From NCBI GenBank assembly GCA_030390025.1, contig CM059431.1:94800001-94864000 (forward strand): a stretch of 64,000 nt of DNA, in the 5' to 3' direction. Under the pieces are notes generated by a model. That model did not search any database, had not been told where the DNA came from, and worked only from the letters and a program-made list of their open reading frames with translations. Below are positions 39,564 to 53,195 of the stretch, in pieces (position 1 is the stretch's first letter; every line of letters starts with the position of its first letter). A program made the translations under genes and the position numbers. This DNA comes from Squalus acanthias (lineage: Eukaryota).

Positions 39564-42530
39564 GCAGGGGGAAGGGATACGGCGTGGAGCTATAGTAGGG
39601 GGTGATGCATAGCCAAATATAAAGGAAGAAACAAGTCAGTCTGGAAGGCAGAGCAAATATGTAACGGCACAAGGGAGTATGGCAAGGCTGGATGGCATTT
39701 ATTTTAATGCAAGGAATCTTGCGAGTAAGGCAGATGAATTGAAGGTGTTGATGAACACATGGGAGTATGATATTGTCGCTATCACAGAGACATGATTGAG
39801 GGAGGGGCAGGACTGGCAGCTCAATATTCTGGGGTATAGAATCTTCAGGTGAGACAGAGGGGTGTGTAAAAGAGGAGGGGGTGTCGCAATATTAATCAAG
39901 GAGTCAATTACTGCTGTAAGGAGGGATGATATAATAGCAGGTTCCTCTAATGAGGCCATATGGGTAGAACTTAAAAACAAAAGTTGGGGAGATAGAGGAA
40001 CAGATATGTAGGCAAATCTCAGAGAAGTGTAGAAATAATAGGGTAATAATAGTAGGGGATTTCAACTTCCCCAATATTAACTGGGATAGTCAGAGTGTGA
40101 AAGGCTTAGAGGGTGCGGAATTCTTAAAGTGCATCCAGGAGAGCTTTTTGAGCCAGCATGTAGAAAGTCCTACAAGAGAGGGGGCGGTACTGGACCTAAT
40201 TCTAGGGAATGTAGCCGGGCAAGTGGTAGAAGTGTCAGTAGGAGAGCATTTTGGTGACAGTGACCATAATTCGGCGAGATTTAAGGTAGTCATGGAAAAG
40301 GACAAAGATGGACCGGAAATAAAGGTTCTAAATTGGGGGAAGGCCGATTTTAATAGGATAAGGCAGGATCTGGCCAAAGTGGACTGGGATCAGCTACTTG
40401 TAGGAAAATCCACATCAGAGCAGTGGGAGTCTTTCAGAATGGAAATAGAGAGAGTACAATGCCAACATGTTCACGTAAAGGTCAAGGGTGAGACCCACAA
40501 GCCCAGGGAACCCTGGATGTCAAGGGATATACAAGAATGGATTAGGAAAAAAAAGGAGGCTTTTGGCAGATACAAAGGACTAAAAACAGTGGAAGCCTTA
40601 GAGGAGTATAGAAAATGCAGGGGGGTAACTTAAAAAAGAAATTAGGAAAGCGAAGAGGGGCATGAAAAAACACTGGTGGGCAAAATAAAGGAAAATCCCA
40701 AGGTGTTTTATTAGTATATTAAGTGCAAGAGGATAACCAGGGAAAGAGTAGGGCCCATTAGGGACCAAAGTGGCAATCTGTGTGTAGAGCTGGAAGATGT
40801 AGGTGAGGTTTTAAATGAATATTTTGCATCTGTGTTCACTATGGAGAAGGATGATGTAGGCATAGAAATCAGGCAGGGGGATTGTGATATACTTGAACAA
40901 ATTAGTATTGAGAGGGAGGAGGTACTAACGATTTTAGTGGGCTTAAAAGTGGATAAATCCCCAGGCCCAGACGAGATGTATCCCAGGCTGCTGTGTGAGG
41001 CAAGGGAGGAGATTGCAGGGGCTCTGACACAAATTTTCAGAACCTCTCTGGCCACAGTGGAGGTGCCAGAGGACTGGAGAACAGCTAACGTAGTACCATT
41101 ATTCAAGAAGGGTAGTAGGGATAAACCAGGGAATTACAGGCCAGTGAGCCTAACATCAGTGGTAGGGAAATTATTGGAAAAAATTCTGAGGGACAGAATT
41201 AATCTCCACTTGGATAGGCAAGGATTAATCAAGGATAGTCAGCATAGCTTTGTCAGGGGGAGATCATGTCTAACCAATTTGATTGAATTTTTCGAGGGGG
41301 TGACTAGGTGTGTGGATGAGGGTAGTGCAGTTGATGTAGTCTACATGGACTTCAGTAAGGCTTTTGACAAAGTCCCGCATGGGAGACTGGTCAAGAAGGT
41401 AAGAGCCCATGGGATCCAGGGCAATTTGGCACATTGGATCCAAAATTGGCTTAGTGGCAGGAGGCAGAGGGTGATGGTTGAAGGTTGTTTTTGTGACTGG
41501 AAGCCTGTGTCCAGTGGTGTACCACAGGGATCGGTGCTGGGTCCTTTGCTGTTTGTAGTGTACAATAATGATTTTGATATGAATGTAGGAGGTATGATCA
41601 GTAAGTTTGCAGATGACACGAAAATTGGTGGAGTGGTAAATAGTGAGGAGGGAAACCTTAGGCTACAGGATGATATAGACGGGCTGGTTAGATGGGCAGA
41701 ACAGTGGCAAATGGAATTTAACCCTGAAAAGTGTGAGGTGATGCATTTTGGGAGGACTAACAAGGCAAGGGAATACACAATGAATGGTAGGACCTTAGGA
41801 AGGACAGAGGATCAGAGGGACCTTGGTGTGCATGTACACAGATCCCTGAAGGCAGCAGGACAGGTAGATAAGGTGGTTAAAAAGGCATATGGGATACTTG
41901 ACTTCATTAGCCGAGGCATAGAATATAAGAGCAGGGAGGTTATGATGGAGCTGTACAAAACGCTAGTTAAGCCACAGCTGGAATATTGTGTGCAGTTCTG
42001 GTCACCACACTATAGGAGGGATGTGATTGCATTGGAGAGGGTGCAGAGGAGATTCACCAGGATGTTACCTGGGCTGGAGCGCTTTAGCTATGAAGAGAGA
42101 CTGGACAGGCTGGGGTTGTTTTTCTTAGAGCAGAGAAGGCTGAGGGGGACCTGATTGAGGTGTACAAAATTATGAGGGGCATAGATAAGGTAGATAGAGA
42201 GGAACTTTTCCCCTTAGTAGAGGGGTCAATAACCAGGGGGCATAGTTTCAAGGTAAGGGGCAGGAGGTTTCAAGGGGATTTGAGGAAAAACTTTTTCACC
42301 CAGAGGGTGGTTGGAATCTGGAACTCACTGCCTGAAAGGGTGGTAGAGGCAGGAACCCTCAGAACATTCAAGAAGCATTTTGATGAGCACTTGAAACGCA
42401 ATAGCATACAAGGCTACGGACCAAGTGCTGGAAAATGGGATTAGAATAGATAGGGATTGATGGCTGGCGCGGACATGATGGGCCGAAGGGCCTCTTTCTG
42501 TGCTGTATAACTCTGACTCTATGACTCTAT
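39564..42530 (+). mobile_element. Near full-length ORF2 CR1 LINE (EN+RT), disrupted
   Basis: VGDFNFP and SDHN endonuclease motifs; 440-aa RT ORF 40832-42154; (tgactcta)n tail; AAATG TSD. Confidence 0.92.
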
Positions 42531-42707
42531 AAATGCTTGGTGCAATGGCAGGCCTGCCAGAGAGCCTCTTATCAGTGTCAAGGAGCATGGAGTCCGGCTC
42601 CAACATTGCACGGTGCTTTGCGCGGAGCTTGGAGCTCATGACTTCCAGGATGGAAGTGATGGGCAACTCCATTAGGACACTTGTGGACCCAACCATGATA
42701 CTGGGTG

Positions 42708-43718
42708 TATAGAGCAAAATGCTGAAAGCCTGTTTGGCCCAGTGGTAAGGGCATGAAATGGTTAAACTTCGAGGCACAGAAAAGGTGCCAGTCATCAAAG
42801 TCTGCAGTTTTTGGAGAGCACATTGATACTGGACAATGAAAGCTTTGACTCATGATTAACTCTGAAAAGGACATTGACATTGAACTGTGAGGCCTTGAAT
42901 CATGATTGGTTTCGATGGGAAAAATTAACACCTGGATAATGCTCTGAGTTTAACTGAAACAATGGGGGTCACGATCGACTTCCTGACATGAATGGAAGAT
43001 ACACAAGTCCCGAGCAGACAATCAGCCAACCGCCCATCAACAGTAATAGAAATCACATTGAATATGCGTTACAGAAAGCGGGAGAGGAGATAAGGAGTTA
43101 TCTTCGATCTCACAACTCTGTACACCTCCAGTGATTGGATTACAGGTTGACGAGATGTGAATGTCGGACTGTTCAGCAAACCGACAGCCGAAACTGGTTG
43201 GGGGAGGCCCAGCATGGGGCCAGGTGACTAAAAGAACTATAAGAAGGAACCACACCACAGCTCTCTCTCTCTTTCGCTCGGAAGCTCTCTCTCGGAATCT
43301 CTCTCTCGGAAGCTAGCTCTGACTACAGCAACTGCCAGGTGTAAGAAGGAAGGGAAGACGGTCATCTCCAGCTCCGAGCCTGCAATCAACGTCGACCACG
43401 ACCAGCCGGACAGGTGATTGTAAGAATCAGTTGACTCTACAAGGGGTTTAAACTGTGGAGGCAGCTGCAGTCAGATAAAGGAGGATGGGGACAGGTCATC
43501 TCCGATCCAGGCCTACAATCCACAACGGTAACGACCGGCCGGATGGGTGATTGTAAGTTTCAGCCAAATCTCAACAGGGTTTTTGTCTGTGTTTTGTTGG
43601 TTTTAATAAACTAACAGTTTTGGGTTGAACCTAAACCTTTGTGACGTCTACCATTTTGTTCTTGTAAAAGCCAGAGTCAAAGAACCCTTGTAAGGATGAG
43701 GAAACCAAACACCTTACA
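42708..43718 (+). mobile_element. Solo LTR (~1.0 kb)
   Basis: Ends CCTTACA; GGTG TSD if the start is TATAG (mutated TG); TATAAG near 43238 and AATAAA near 43605. Confidence 0.7.
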
Positions 43719-44486
43719 GGTGTGATGAGCGATGTCGCAGCTTCCATTGCAGCACAAGTTGAAGTGACCCAACGTCTGAGTGCTGCAGTGGAAACTCAGA
43801 CTGCTCTCATGCAGGCTCAGCTTGCTGCCATGCAGGCTCAGACTGCTGCCATGCAAGCTCAGACTGCTGCCATCATGGCTGGGTTTACAAGTGTGGAAAG
43901 GGGCTTGCAGGGTCTCACAGTAGTTCAGTAATCTGTGCTCCAACAGATGGCTAGGAATGCTGAGGCGCCGCCCCGGGTGTGTGGCAGTGGCTCCGTGGAG
44001 CAAGAACCTGTTGTCCTCTCAGGATGACAGCATTCGTACTCCCACCCCTGCCACTCTGCCAGTGCCATTGCAGTTGTCTGTCAGCCAGCCAACCCAGACA
44101 GCTGCCCCCCATGCCGAAGTGGTGCATTCTACAGCTGGGCCTTCTAGGCACAGAGCTGCTCGAGGTCATCCTGCAAGGCCATCTGCAGTGTTCCCCACGC
44201 GAAGTCAGCAGCCTTCCACCAGCCATGCTGCAGCCAGTGGGGTAGCACTGCTTAGAAGCAGAAGAATAGGCAAAGGAACAAAAAAGACAGACAATAAGGT
44301 AATGCACAAGGGTGATTAGTTGACTTTGTAATGTTATATTGGAATTATTAATTTATAAATTATGTTTGGAATGTTTGTTTTGTGGTGGCTTTCAGCATTG
44401 TGCTCAAGAGGGATGGTATGATGGGAAAGTGTTGAGCAACAGGGATCTGGGGTTTCAGTCAGGGGAACCGGATTCTGATGATGCGC

Positions 44487-45478
44487 TCACAGACAGCCCA
44501 TCCAAAATGGGGATTTACAAGCTGTCTCCTCCTCCTCTTCCTCCTGCTCCTCTTCCTCTTCCGCCTCCTCTTCATCCTCCTGAGGTGGTCGTGGAACCCG
44601 TGGTGGCAAAAGCTGTGCCCTCATGACAGCCAGGTTGTGGTGAATGCAGCAGACCACCACGAATTGGGACACCCACTCCAGCGAGTACTGGAGAGCTCCT
44701 CCTGAGCAGTCAAGGCACCGGAACCATTGCTTCAGAACACCGATGGTCTGCTCGATGAGGTTCCTTGTGGCAGCATGGCTGTCATTATATGAGTGCTGGC
44801 CGCGAGTGGTGGGGTTGCGGAGGGATGTCATCCAGCAGGTGTAAAGCGGATATTCCTTGTCACCGAGAAGCCACCCTTGGGTTCGATGTGGTGGCTTGAA
44901 GATTGCTGGCACAGTGGACTGGCACAGGATGAAGGCATCATGACTGCTGCCAGGATACCGTGCATTCACCATCATGATGTGCTGGGCGTGGTTGCACGCC
45001 AACTGCACATTAAGAAAGTGGTAGCCTTTTTTGTTACAGTACATCTCATCATTGATATGCGGCGCTTGCAAAGCCACATGTGTGTAGTCGATGGCGTCCT
45101 GCACCATAGGGAAACCCAATATCTTGGCAAAGCCATGTGTGTGCTCCTCCTGCTTCTCTCTGTCCAGAGAGAAGACAATGAAGTCCCTTCTCCAGCCTTT
45201 GTGACCGCCTGGATGCAGCGATGGATGGCGAACTGTGATATGTTTGCTATGTCACCTGCTCCAGCCTGGAAGGATTCGCTGCCGAAAAAGTTCGGGGCTA
45301 TGCTCACCTTGAGGGCCACTGGCAGCGCCATCATCACTCTGCTCTGAGGCTGCTGGTCTGGTTCCAAGAGGTGGCAGAGTTCTGTGATCACCTCCTTGGT
45401 GAAGCGGAGCCTCCTAATACACTGCTCCTGGCTAAGGTGCAGGTAGGAGAAGTGCTCCCTGAAGACCCTGGGTGGGTA
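44487..45478 (-). pseudogene. PIF/Harbinger DDE transposase (HARBI1-like), frameshifted
   Basis: GFPMVQDAIDYTHV, NKKGYHFLNVQLAC, YPGSSHDAFIL, LLGDKEYPL, HAATRNLIEQTIGVLKQWFRCL. Confidence 0.9.
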
Positions 45479-46369
45479 AACAGATGGCCCCTGATCATAT
45501 TAAACATCTGGGCTGTCATAATCTAAAAGGACACAAAGGTTAACTTGATCAAGCAGACAAGTCAGAAAGCAGACAGTATACGCACTGCCTGATAAGGGAA
45601 GACGAAACTGGGAAAGTTGTGTTTTGATGGTTCGGGGGTCACATAACTGAAAGGGGTATAAGAACACAGATGAAGCAGCTTCTAGTGTAAAGGTTCAGAC
45701 ACCACACGGAAGGGACCAGCTGGACTGCACGCTCTATCCAGAGGAGGAATGGGGTAATATCATTTTCAATCTTTGTAAATTACTGCTTGAATACTGACAT
45801 GTATTAATACTCGCTTGTGCTTGAAGTAAAGAACAGTTGTACCCAATTTGGTGTCACCTCCGAATCTATTACAGATGGCACGTGACAACTTGTTGCCAAC
45901 AGCCCATGCTAGAAATTGCAACTCATTCCAGTAGAAATGATCTGCCCCATGTCCAGAGCCTCTAAAGTCACTTCAGAGCCTTTGCATTGACCGTAAATAA
46001 CCAGAACTCAGATGTGCAACACACTTCCCATCATTCAGGGAAAGAACACTTACAAACCATCATCAACAAATAAAAAGGGAACCACAGGCCTCTATAAAAG
46101 CAATCCACAAACACAATCGGCCAAAGATTTCCACATTTACTCTTCATTAAGGCCTGTTACTATTTCTTATCACCAAGCTTACCCCTTGTGCTTAAAACTT
46201 GTTACACGATTGACGCTACATCCTCACCCCTATGTTGTGCTACCTCAGTGTCAGGAGGTTATAAGGATGGTCGCTGGGACTCTACTGATGGAGTCCTCAA
46301 TGACTGAGGTGCCACTTCATTCAATGATGCTGTTGACCTTGCAGGGCCTGTTTCTGGTGTCATGTCAAT

Positions 46370-47382
46370 TCATAGAATCATACAGCACAGAAAGAAGGCA
46401 TTCAGCCCATCGTGCCTGTGCCCGCTCTCTGAGAGAGTTACCAATTAGTCTCATTCTCCTGCTCTTTCCCCATAGCCCAAAAAATTGCCTTTTTAAGTAT
46501 ATATCAAATTCCCTTTTGAAAGTCACTATTGAATCTGCTTCCACCACCTTTAAGGCAGCACATTCCAGATCATAACAACTCGCTAAATAAAAAATATTCT
46601 TCTCATCTCCCCCCTGGCTTTTTTGCCAATCTGTGTCCTCTGGTTACCGACCCTCCTGCCAGTGGAAACAGTTTCTCCCTATCTACTCTCTCAAAACCCT
46701 CATAACTTTGAACACCTCTAATAAATCTCCCCTTAACCTTCTTTGCTCTAAGGAGAACAATCCCAGCTTTTCTGGTCTCTACATAACTGAATTCCTTCAT
46801 CCCTGGTACTAGTCTGGTAAATCTCCTCTGCAGCCTTTCCAAGGCCTTGACATCCTTTCTAAAATGTGGTGCCCAGAATTGGACACAATACTCTAGTTGA
46901 GATCTAACCAGTGATTTATAAAGGTTTACCATAACTTCCTTGCTTTTGTACTCTATGTCTCTATTTATAAAGCAAAGGATCCTGTATGCTTTATTAACAG
47001 CCTTAACAACCTGTCCTGCCACCATCAAAGATTATGTATGTGGACCTCCAGGTCTCTCTTTTCCTGTAACCTTTTAACATTGTGCCATTTAGTTTATATT
47101 GTCTCTCTTCATTCTTCCTTCCAAAATGTATCACTTCACACTTCTCTGCAAAACTGTCATCTGTCATGTGTCTGCCCATTTCGCCAGTCTGTCTATGTCT
47201 TCCTGACATCTGCTATTATCCTCCTCACTGTTTACTAAATTTCCAAGCTGTGTGTCATCCGCAAACTTTGAAATTATGCCCCCTATACCCAAGTGCAGGT
47301 TACTAATATATATCAAGAAGAGCAGTGGTACCAACACCGACCCCTGGGGAACACCACTGTATACTTTACTCCAGTCTGACAA
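46370..47382 (-). mobile_element. CR1 LINE RT fragment and 3' end
   Basis: GVPQGSVL, KFADDT, LEYCVQFWAP. Confidence 0.9.
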
Positions 47383-49449
47383 TCAACTTGCACATCAATG
47401 TCTACCCAGAATGTTCCCCCACATTGTCACAATCATGAGAAATCTGACATCTGTAGCCACTCCTTACAGCCCACTTCTGCTGGCCTTGGGCTCAGTTGGG
47501 CTAACGGGCTGCGAAGGAATCGACCCAAACATTTCCAATTAAGTTATGAAAGCCCTGAGTTTGGATGTGTTTGAGGGAATCTACAGAAATAAACCTGGCT
47601 GCCACTCCAGAAACAATGATCATCTCCTCCTGACATTGTGTTGCCACAGAAACTTCCTGGACTATAGTTCTTTTGAAGACTGGGCTCCTGAGATCAGGGT
47701 CCCTGGGATCCTGAGACAAGGCCAGTAATTTTTGCTCCACCCGCCTAAGAAAAGACAATATCATCCCATCCCAGCTCCCCTGCTGACTGGTGCTCCATGT
47801 TTCACTGAATGATTTAACCCTCTGTCTCACGAGTTACATCCACATTCATTTTAGGAGGGTGAACTGTGAGTTATGATTCAGAAGAAGTGGCTGACCAATG
47901 ATAGGAGGCTTTTTAAATACTCAGAATGTTTGAAGAATATAACCACTTACAACACTGCAGGCGAGTTGACCCATTACAATCCTGAACCTAACAGCTCTCT
48001 GCCAACTTCACCATCTGCCACTGCCTCCCCGGTGTGTTTTCCCAGAAGTTGCAGAGCTTCTTCCTTATTTCAACTTAAGGGCCTGATGGTTACCCTTCCT
48101 GGACTTGTGTCAGCTCATTGCCATTGATTATGGGTGACGTTTTGCTTTGCAAAATGCATGAAGTTATAGAGAGGCTAGGGATTCATTGAAATTTCAATGT
48201 CAGTCTGGTGTCTGCAGACATTCTATTGTGCGCATGCTTTCAGCTGCAGGCTGAACTAGGAGCACCAGATCACAAAATCAACCCTTGTATAAAAAAAATC
48301 ATAAAATTAACGTGTGGAGGCTGCATGCCGTGATTGCCGGGATGTGCTCCCTGTGAGTGCTGCTCCCTACTGGAAGTGTCAGAACATGGAATGTTTCCTT
48401 ATAGATCAGCACTATGAAGATTCTTCACCTCACTAAATGGACCGGACAGGAATTGTAGGTCAGAGACCCACCAGAAACAAAATCTATTAGCTCTAGTAGT
48501 AGTAGTAGGGAGCAGTAAGACTCTTATGAATCTTCTCCATAATCTCTAGATCGGGAGGGAGAATGATGGAAAATGCAGGTGGTGAGGCCTACCAACGTCT
48601 CACTACCTGACCTGTATTTCCTTCCCCACCCCCACCCCCATCAGGACTACCACTGGCCTCTCCTTCCACACCTACCACATATAAATGGCAGCATGGGCCC
48701 CTGGAGGATTTCTCTCCCATTGGTCTGTGTTACAGCTGCTTGCCTAGCCAATCATTGGAAAGATTGCAGTAGACTGTGGGAAGCACCAGTAACAGCCCTG
48801 AGGTCTCCCTTATAACAGCCTCCTCACTCTCTTGTCTAGCCCCCAACACTTAACTTGTGAAGGACCTGTTCTCAGCCGAGGCCTTGGGTGGGCAGCTTGT
48901 CCAAACTTCAAGACACTTCTGCCCCTTTAAGGTCCCTCACTGCCTCTTCTAGTGCTAGTCGTGTCCCCTTTTTCACACCAGCAGGCTCCTTGGCATTTGT
49001 AATCCTGTCAGGAACCTACTGTGGATCAATAATGAGCCTTGATCCCAGGGAAATTGGTTGGGGCTGGGCTGGATTTGGAGGGGCCCCCTGCCCTCAGAAC
49101 TCTGCTGCTAAGAGGTGAATCCTGATCTCTGCCTCTCTCACAAGTTTTGTATCTTTGAAATTTGACTACAGGCAAGTGATGGAGTGGTGTAGCAGCCAAC
49201 AACCTGTTTGATTGCTGTTGAAGTGGACAGGGTAGATACAGCAAGGTAAGTCCTGTATGACACTCCAAGGCACCTTCCTCCACAAGATTACAGTGCACCA
49301 TGCCTATCAGAAGGTGGCGTCCAGGCTCAGCACAGTGGAGGGCCCGGGAACAGGTGCAGGAGAACATGGCATACTCTAAGGAAAGGTAAAATCATGTGTG
49401 TATGCCACAAACTGTTGCCTGTCAACCTATATTTCAACAGGGCATACAT

Positions 49450-49975
49450 TCATAAGAACATAAGAAATAGGAGCAGGAGCAGGCCATACGGCCCCTCGAG
49501 CCTGCTCTGCCATTCATGGCTGATCTTCGACCTCAACTCCACTTTCCTGCACTATCCCCATATCCCTTGATTCCCCATGAGTTCAAAAATCTATTGATCT
49601 CAGCCTTGAATATACTCAACGACTGAACATCCACAGGCCTCTGGGGTTGAGAATTCCAAAGACTCACAACCCTCTGAAGCTAGGAGGAGCATTTTGCCCA
49701 GTGGAAATTTTACCCCCTTGTATTTAAATGTGTCTTAACACTATTCAGGAACTTTCTGGCCTGTTCCACAATTCAGTTGGATCATGGCTGATCTGTACCT
49801 CAACTCCATTTACTCGCCTTTGACCCAAAACCATTGATACCCTCACCTAACAAATATCTAGTGATATCAGTCATGAAATTTTCAGTTGACCCAGCATTCA
49901 CAGCCTTTTTGAGGAACGAGTTCCACATTTCCAATACCCTTTGTGTGAAAAAGTGCTTCCTGATTTCACTTTGAA
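49450..49975 (-). mobile_element. CR1 LINE 3' end fragments
   Basis: FFTQRVLEMWN remnant; 3' UTR homologous to 29619-29920. Confidence 0.65.
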
Positions 49976-52939
49976 CAGGAATTAATAGGAACAGGGGCTT
50001 AAAATTTATAGGGCTTAGTTTATGCATGGATCGAACATCGTGTACAACACTCCCACAGTTTGCTGAAAAGTACCTGAGAGCAGGCAGTCAAAAAATTCGC
50101 CCTTAAGTTCCAGAGTACACAGTCCTTTGGATAAAAAGCTTGGACACTGCCCAGTGTAAAATTAAACTATGCAAGCTCAGAAGGTCCCAGGTTTGATACC
50201 TTTGCTGGTTTTGAATTAGTTGATCTCAGCTAGCGATGTAGCTGGAGCACTACAATTGACTAAAATGCCCCTTGAGCTGTAAAGCAATAAAGTCAGCCAG
50301 AATTTCTACCCTGATCACTCTCCAGCGACCCCCAGCTGTGTGAATGTTGAGTGTGAACAGGGCCTAGCTCAATGCCCTCCCTGATTGGACACTCACTGGC
50401 CAGACTCAAACACAAAGAATGAGGATTCAGGTGAGGTACTGGAGTGCCACCAGCACCAGTGAATTGGTACCACATCAACGGGGTAAATTTCCTAATTGTA
50501 TTCTCCTGCTGCAGACCCTTGCTCACTACAGCCCATAATTTTCAGCCATAAGAAAGAAAGAACTTACATTTATATAGCTCAACACCATCCAGGACAAAGC
50601 AGCCCGCTTGATTGGCACCCCATCCACCACCTTAAACATTCACTCCCTCCACCACCGGTGCACCGTGTCTGCAGTGTGTACCATCTACATGGTGCACTGC
50701 AGCAACTCGCCAAGGGTTCTTCGACAGCACCTCCCACCACAGCAGCTGGGGAATGTAAATTCAGTTAATTCAATAAATCTGGAATAAAAAGCTAGTATCA
50801 GTAATGGTAACCATGTAACTAGTGGATTGTCGTAAAAACCCATCTGGTTCAATAATATCCTTTAGGCGAGTGGACATTCCATTCCACCCCTCCCACTCCC
50901 CCTAAGGCCTCCTCAGAATTTCAGGGCCTTTATGTCTACATAACAACAGTGACTGCACCTCAGTAACTTGCCATGCCAACGTCATGGATCTTGTTTACAA
51001 TCCTGGGGTCAGGTGCTTTAAATATGTTGGCTGGGTACCCGCTCCATTTTTGGCAGAACTGGGGAACTCACCTGAGCTTCGGGGAAGGGACTTTCACTGT
51101 GGCACATTGGTACAGCATTAGCGGGCCTGTGGGGCTCTGAGAGGGAGGCTGCAATAACTAAAAGGGCCTGTTTATTTCTTCTGCCAGCTTCAGCAAGGAT
51201 TCACAGGCAAAACTGGTATTCAGCAGCGCTCAGGCTGTCAATGAGGGAAACATGTTATATGATGGATTTTCCTCATTTAAATTGCATTATTTGTGGGCGG
51301 GTCGAAGCCCTGTTCCAACCAGTGGTGGAACCCTGCCAGATTTGGTTTCTCCCTTAATTTTGCTCCCCTGTGACCATTGGATGGCTAATCCACCCTCCAT
51401 GGCCCTGGGCATTTCAGAGCAAAAGAAATGAAAAGGGGGGCAATTTTCCAACTTCACACAGGTAGTGTGGAGCCTCGTCTGCTGGAAGTCTATCCTGAAA
51501 ATTCAAAAGCGATTTTCTGACTACTTAAATGGTGGGAAATTCTCATGTAGCACATTCCCAAATTTCCAATAGACATTCCTGGCAGCAGCACAATGTCAGA
51601 AAAATTACTGCATTCCTCCTGGATTATCCAGAACTAGGATTCTCATGGCTATAGGCTAGATCTAAGGGAGTAAGCTAACATTTCTTAACAGGCAAAATGA
51701 GGCAGCTAATATGTAATTAAAGGTGGGAATTCATTTTCCTTTGGACTTATGGTTAGAACTCAGTTTTAACTTTCCAAACTTTGGTGATCTGACCTAGCTA
51801 AAGGCTGCGGTAACAGACAGAAATAGGCCATCTAATTTCACATCTGAGGATCTTGAAACAGTAGGATGTTCTTCAATCGTTGTTAAAGCATCAGTTTTAA
51901 CATTGATTTCTTCTTTCCAATGGCAAATCATCTTGCAGTGTGCGTTTTCATCTATGTCTCATAATTACACAAATCCCTCAGGAAAAGAGCTGGCCTTGGA
52001 TATGCAGTGAGTGCAAGATCTTTATGGACTGAAATCTAATTCATTTGTCTGGACAGATTCTAGGGCTGCTTTGCTGGATAAATTAACCTAGATTTTTCAA
52101 CTGGGTCTGCCTGATTGACTCTCAGCAACAAGCACCCTGCTCAGCATGGCCAGATGCAGGGTGAAGCTCCCTGTACTCTGCCCCAACAATAAAGAACTGC
52201 TCTGCTTGCTGTGTAAATGTGTTGAAAACAGCATGTTTATAATTTTACCACATGCATTGAACAAGAGGATTCTCTCTTCTTTGCACATAACTAGCGATAT
52301 GACCTCTCTGATTCACATTGCCAAAGTACTACTGAATAATGAGCATTGGAAGTAAGAACTGAATTGAGACTGCTCAAACTCAATTCACTTAAGACTCCTT
52401 CAGTCACATGTTCTAGGCATTCACACGAGAAGGTGAGGTGGGCCAAACATTCTTAGGTGTCCAAACTGGGTCAAGGATAAGAGACCAAATGGCTTTGCAC
52501 TGAGCTTACAAAATGTCAACATTGAGTTTGGGATATTCTGACAGAATTAAGACCCTGGCAAGCTTTAATTATGAGGATTGCAAAGTAGGCTTACTAGCTC
52601 CACCAGCAATGAAGAGCCTTGCAGGCAGTGGGCTCAGGCCAGCTAATCAGGCACCTGACCTCATGTCACTACTGGCTCCCTTTTAAGGTCGTGTCTATTC
52701 GCAACACCAAAGTTCTGATTGGTCACCTTGGATGACAAGCCCTGATTTCTGATTGGTCCCCTTAGAGGACAAGACACACCCAGCTGTTTCTCTGGAATGT
52801 GTAATTAGATCCTGCCTGCCTTCGAAATCAGTTAATTTTCAAAGTGTAATTCGAGCCATTCTGACAGGCTCCAGACAGAACAGAGCCCACATAAAACAGA
52901 CAGGGCTCACCCTCGCAGGTTAAGGCCTTCTCCCACTCA

Positions 52940-53195
52940 CTGCCCAAGTTCCTGACCTCCTCCCCCCCACCGAGTTCCTGACCTCCGCCCCCGCCCAAGC
53001 TCCTGACCTCCGCCCCCGCTCCTAACCTCCTCCTCCCCACCCAAGTTTCTGACGACCTCCACCCCAACCAAGTTCCTGACCTCCCCCGCCACCCCAAGTT
53101 TCTGACCTTCTCCACCCCCCCAGTACCTGACATTCTCCCCCTGACCTCCGCCCAACAAGTTCCTGACCTTCACTTCCCCACCCACGCACCCCCCC
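52940..53195 (+). repeat. C-rich degenerate minisatellite (agttcctgacctc core), left part
   Basis: Repeated core motif; the array resumes at ~54640. Confidence 0.8.

Larger units (their letters stand above)
37968..44319 (+). pseudogene. Harbinger ORF2-like (Myb/SANT partner, C-terminal coiled-coil part) split by three insertions
   Basis: Segments 37968-38207, 39468-39563, 42536-42707 and 43723-44319 rejoin at the TSDs into a near-continuous frame; convergent with a Harbinger transposase. Confidence 0.6.

Noticed and set aside
44487..45119. Domesticated HARBI1 gene
   Set aside because: Frameshifted, with degenerate motifs and a second related copy in the window: a transposon relic
45480..45890. 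Possible small LTR truncating the Harbinger transposase
   Set aside because: TATA-like and AGTAAA signals are present, but no clear TG start or TSD could be defined
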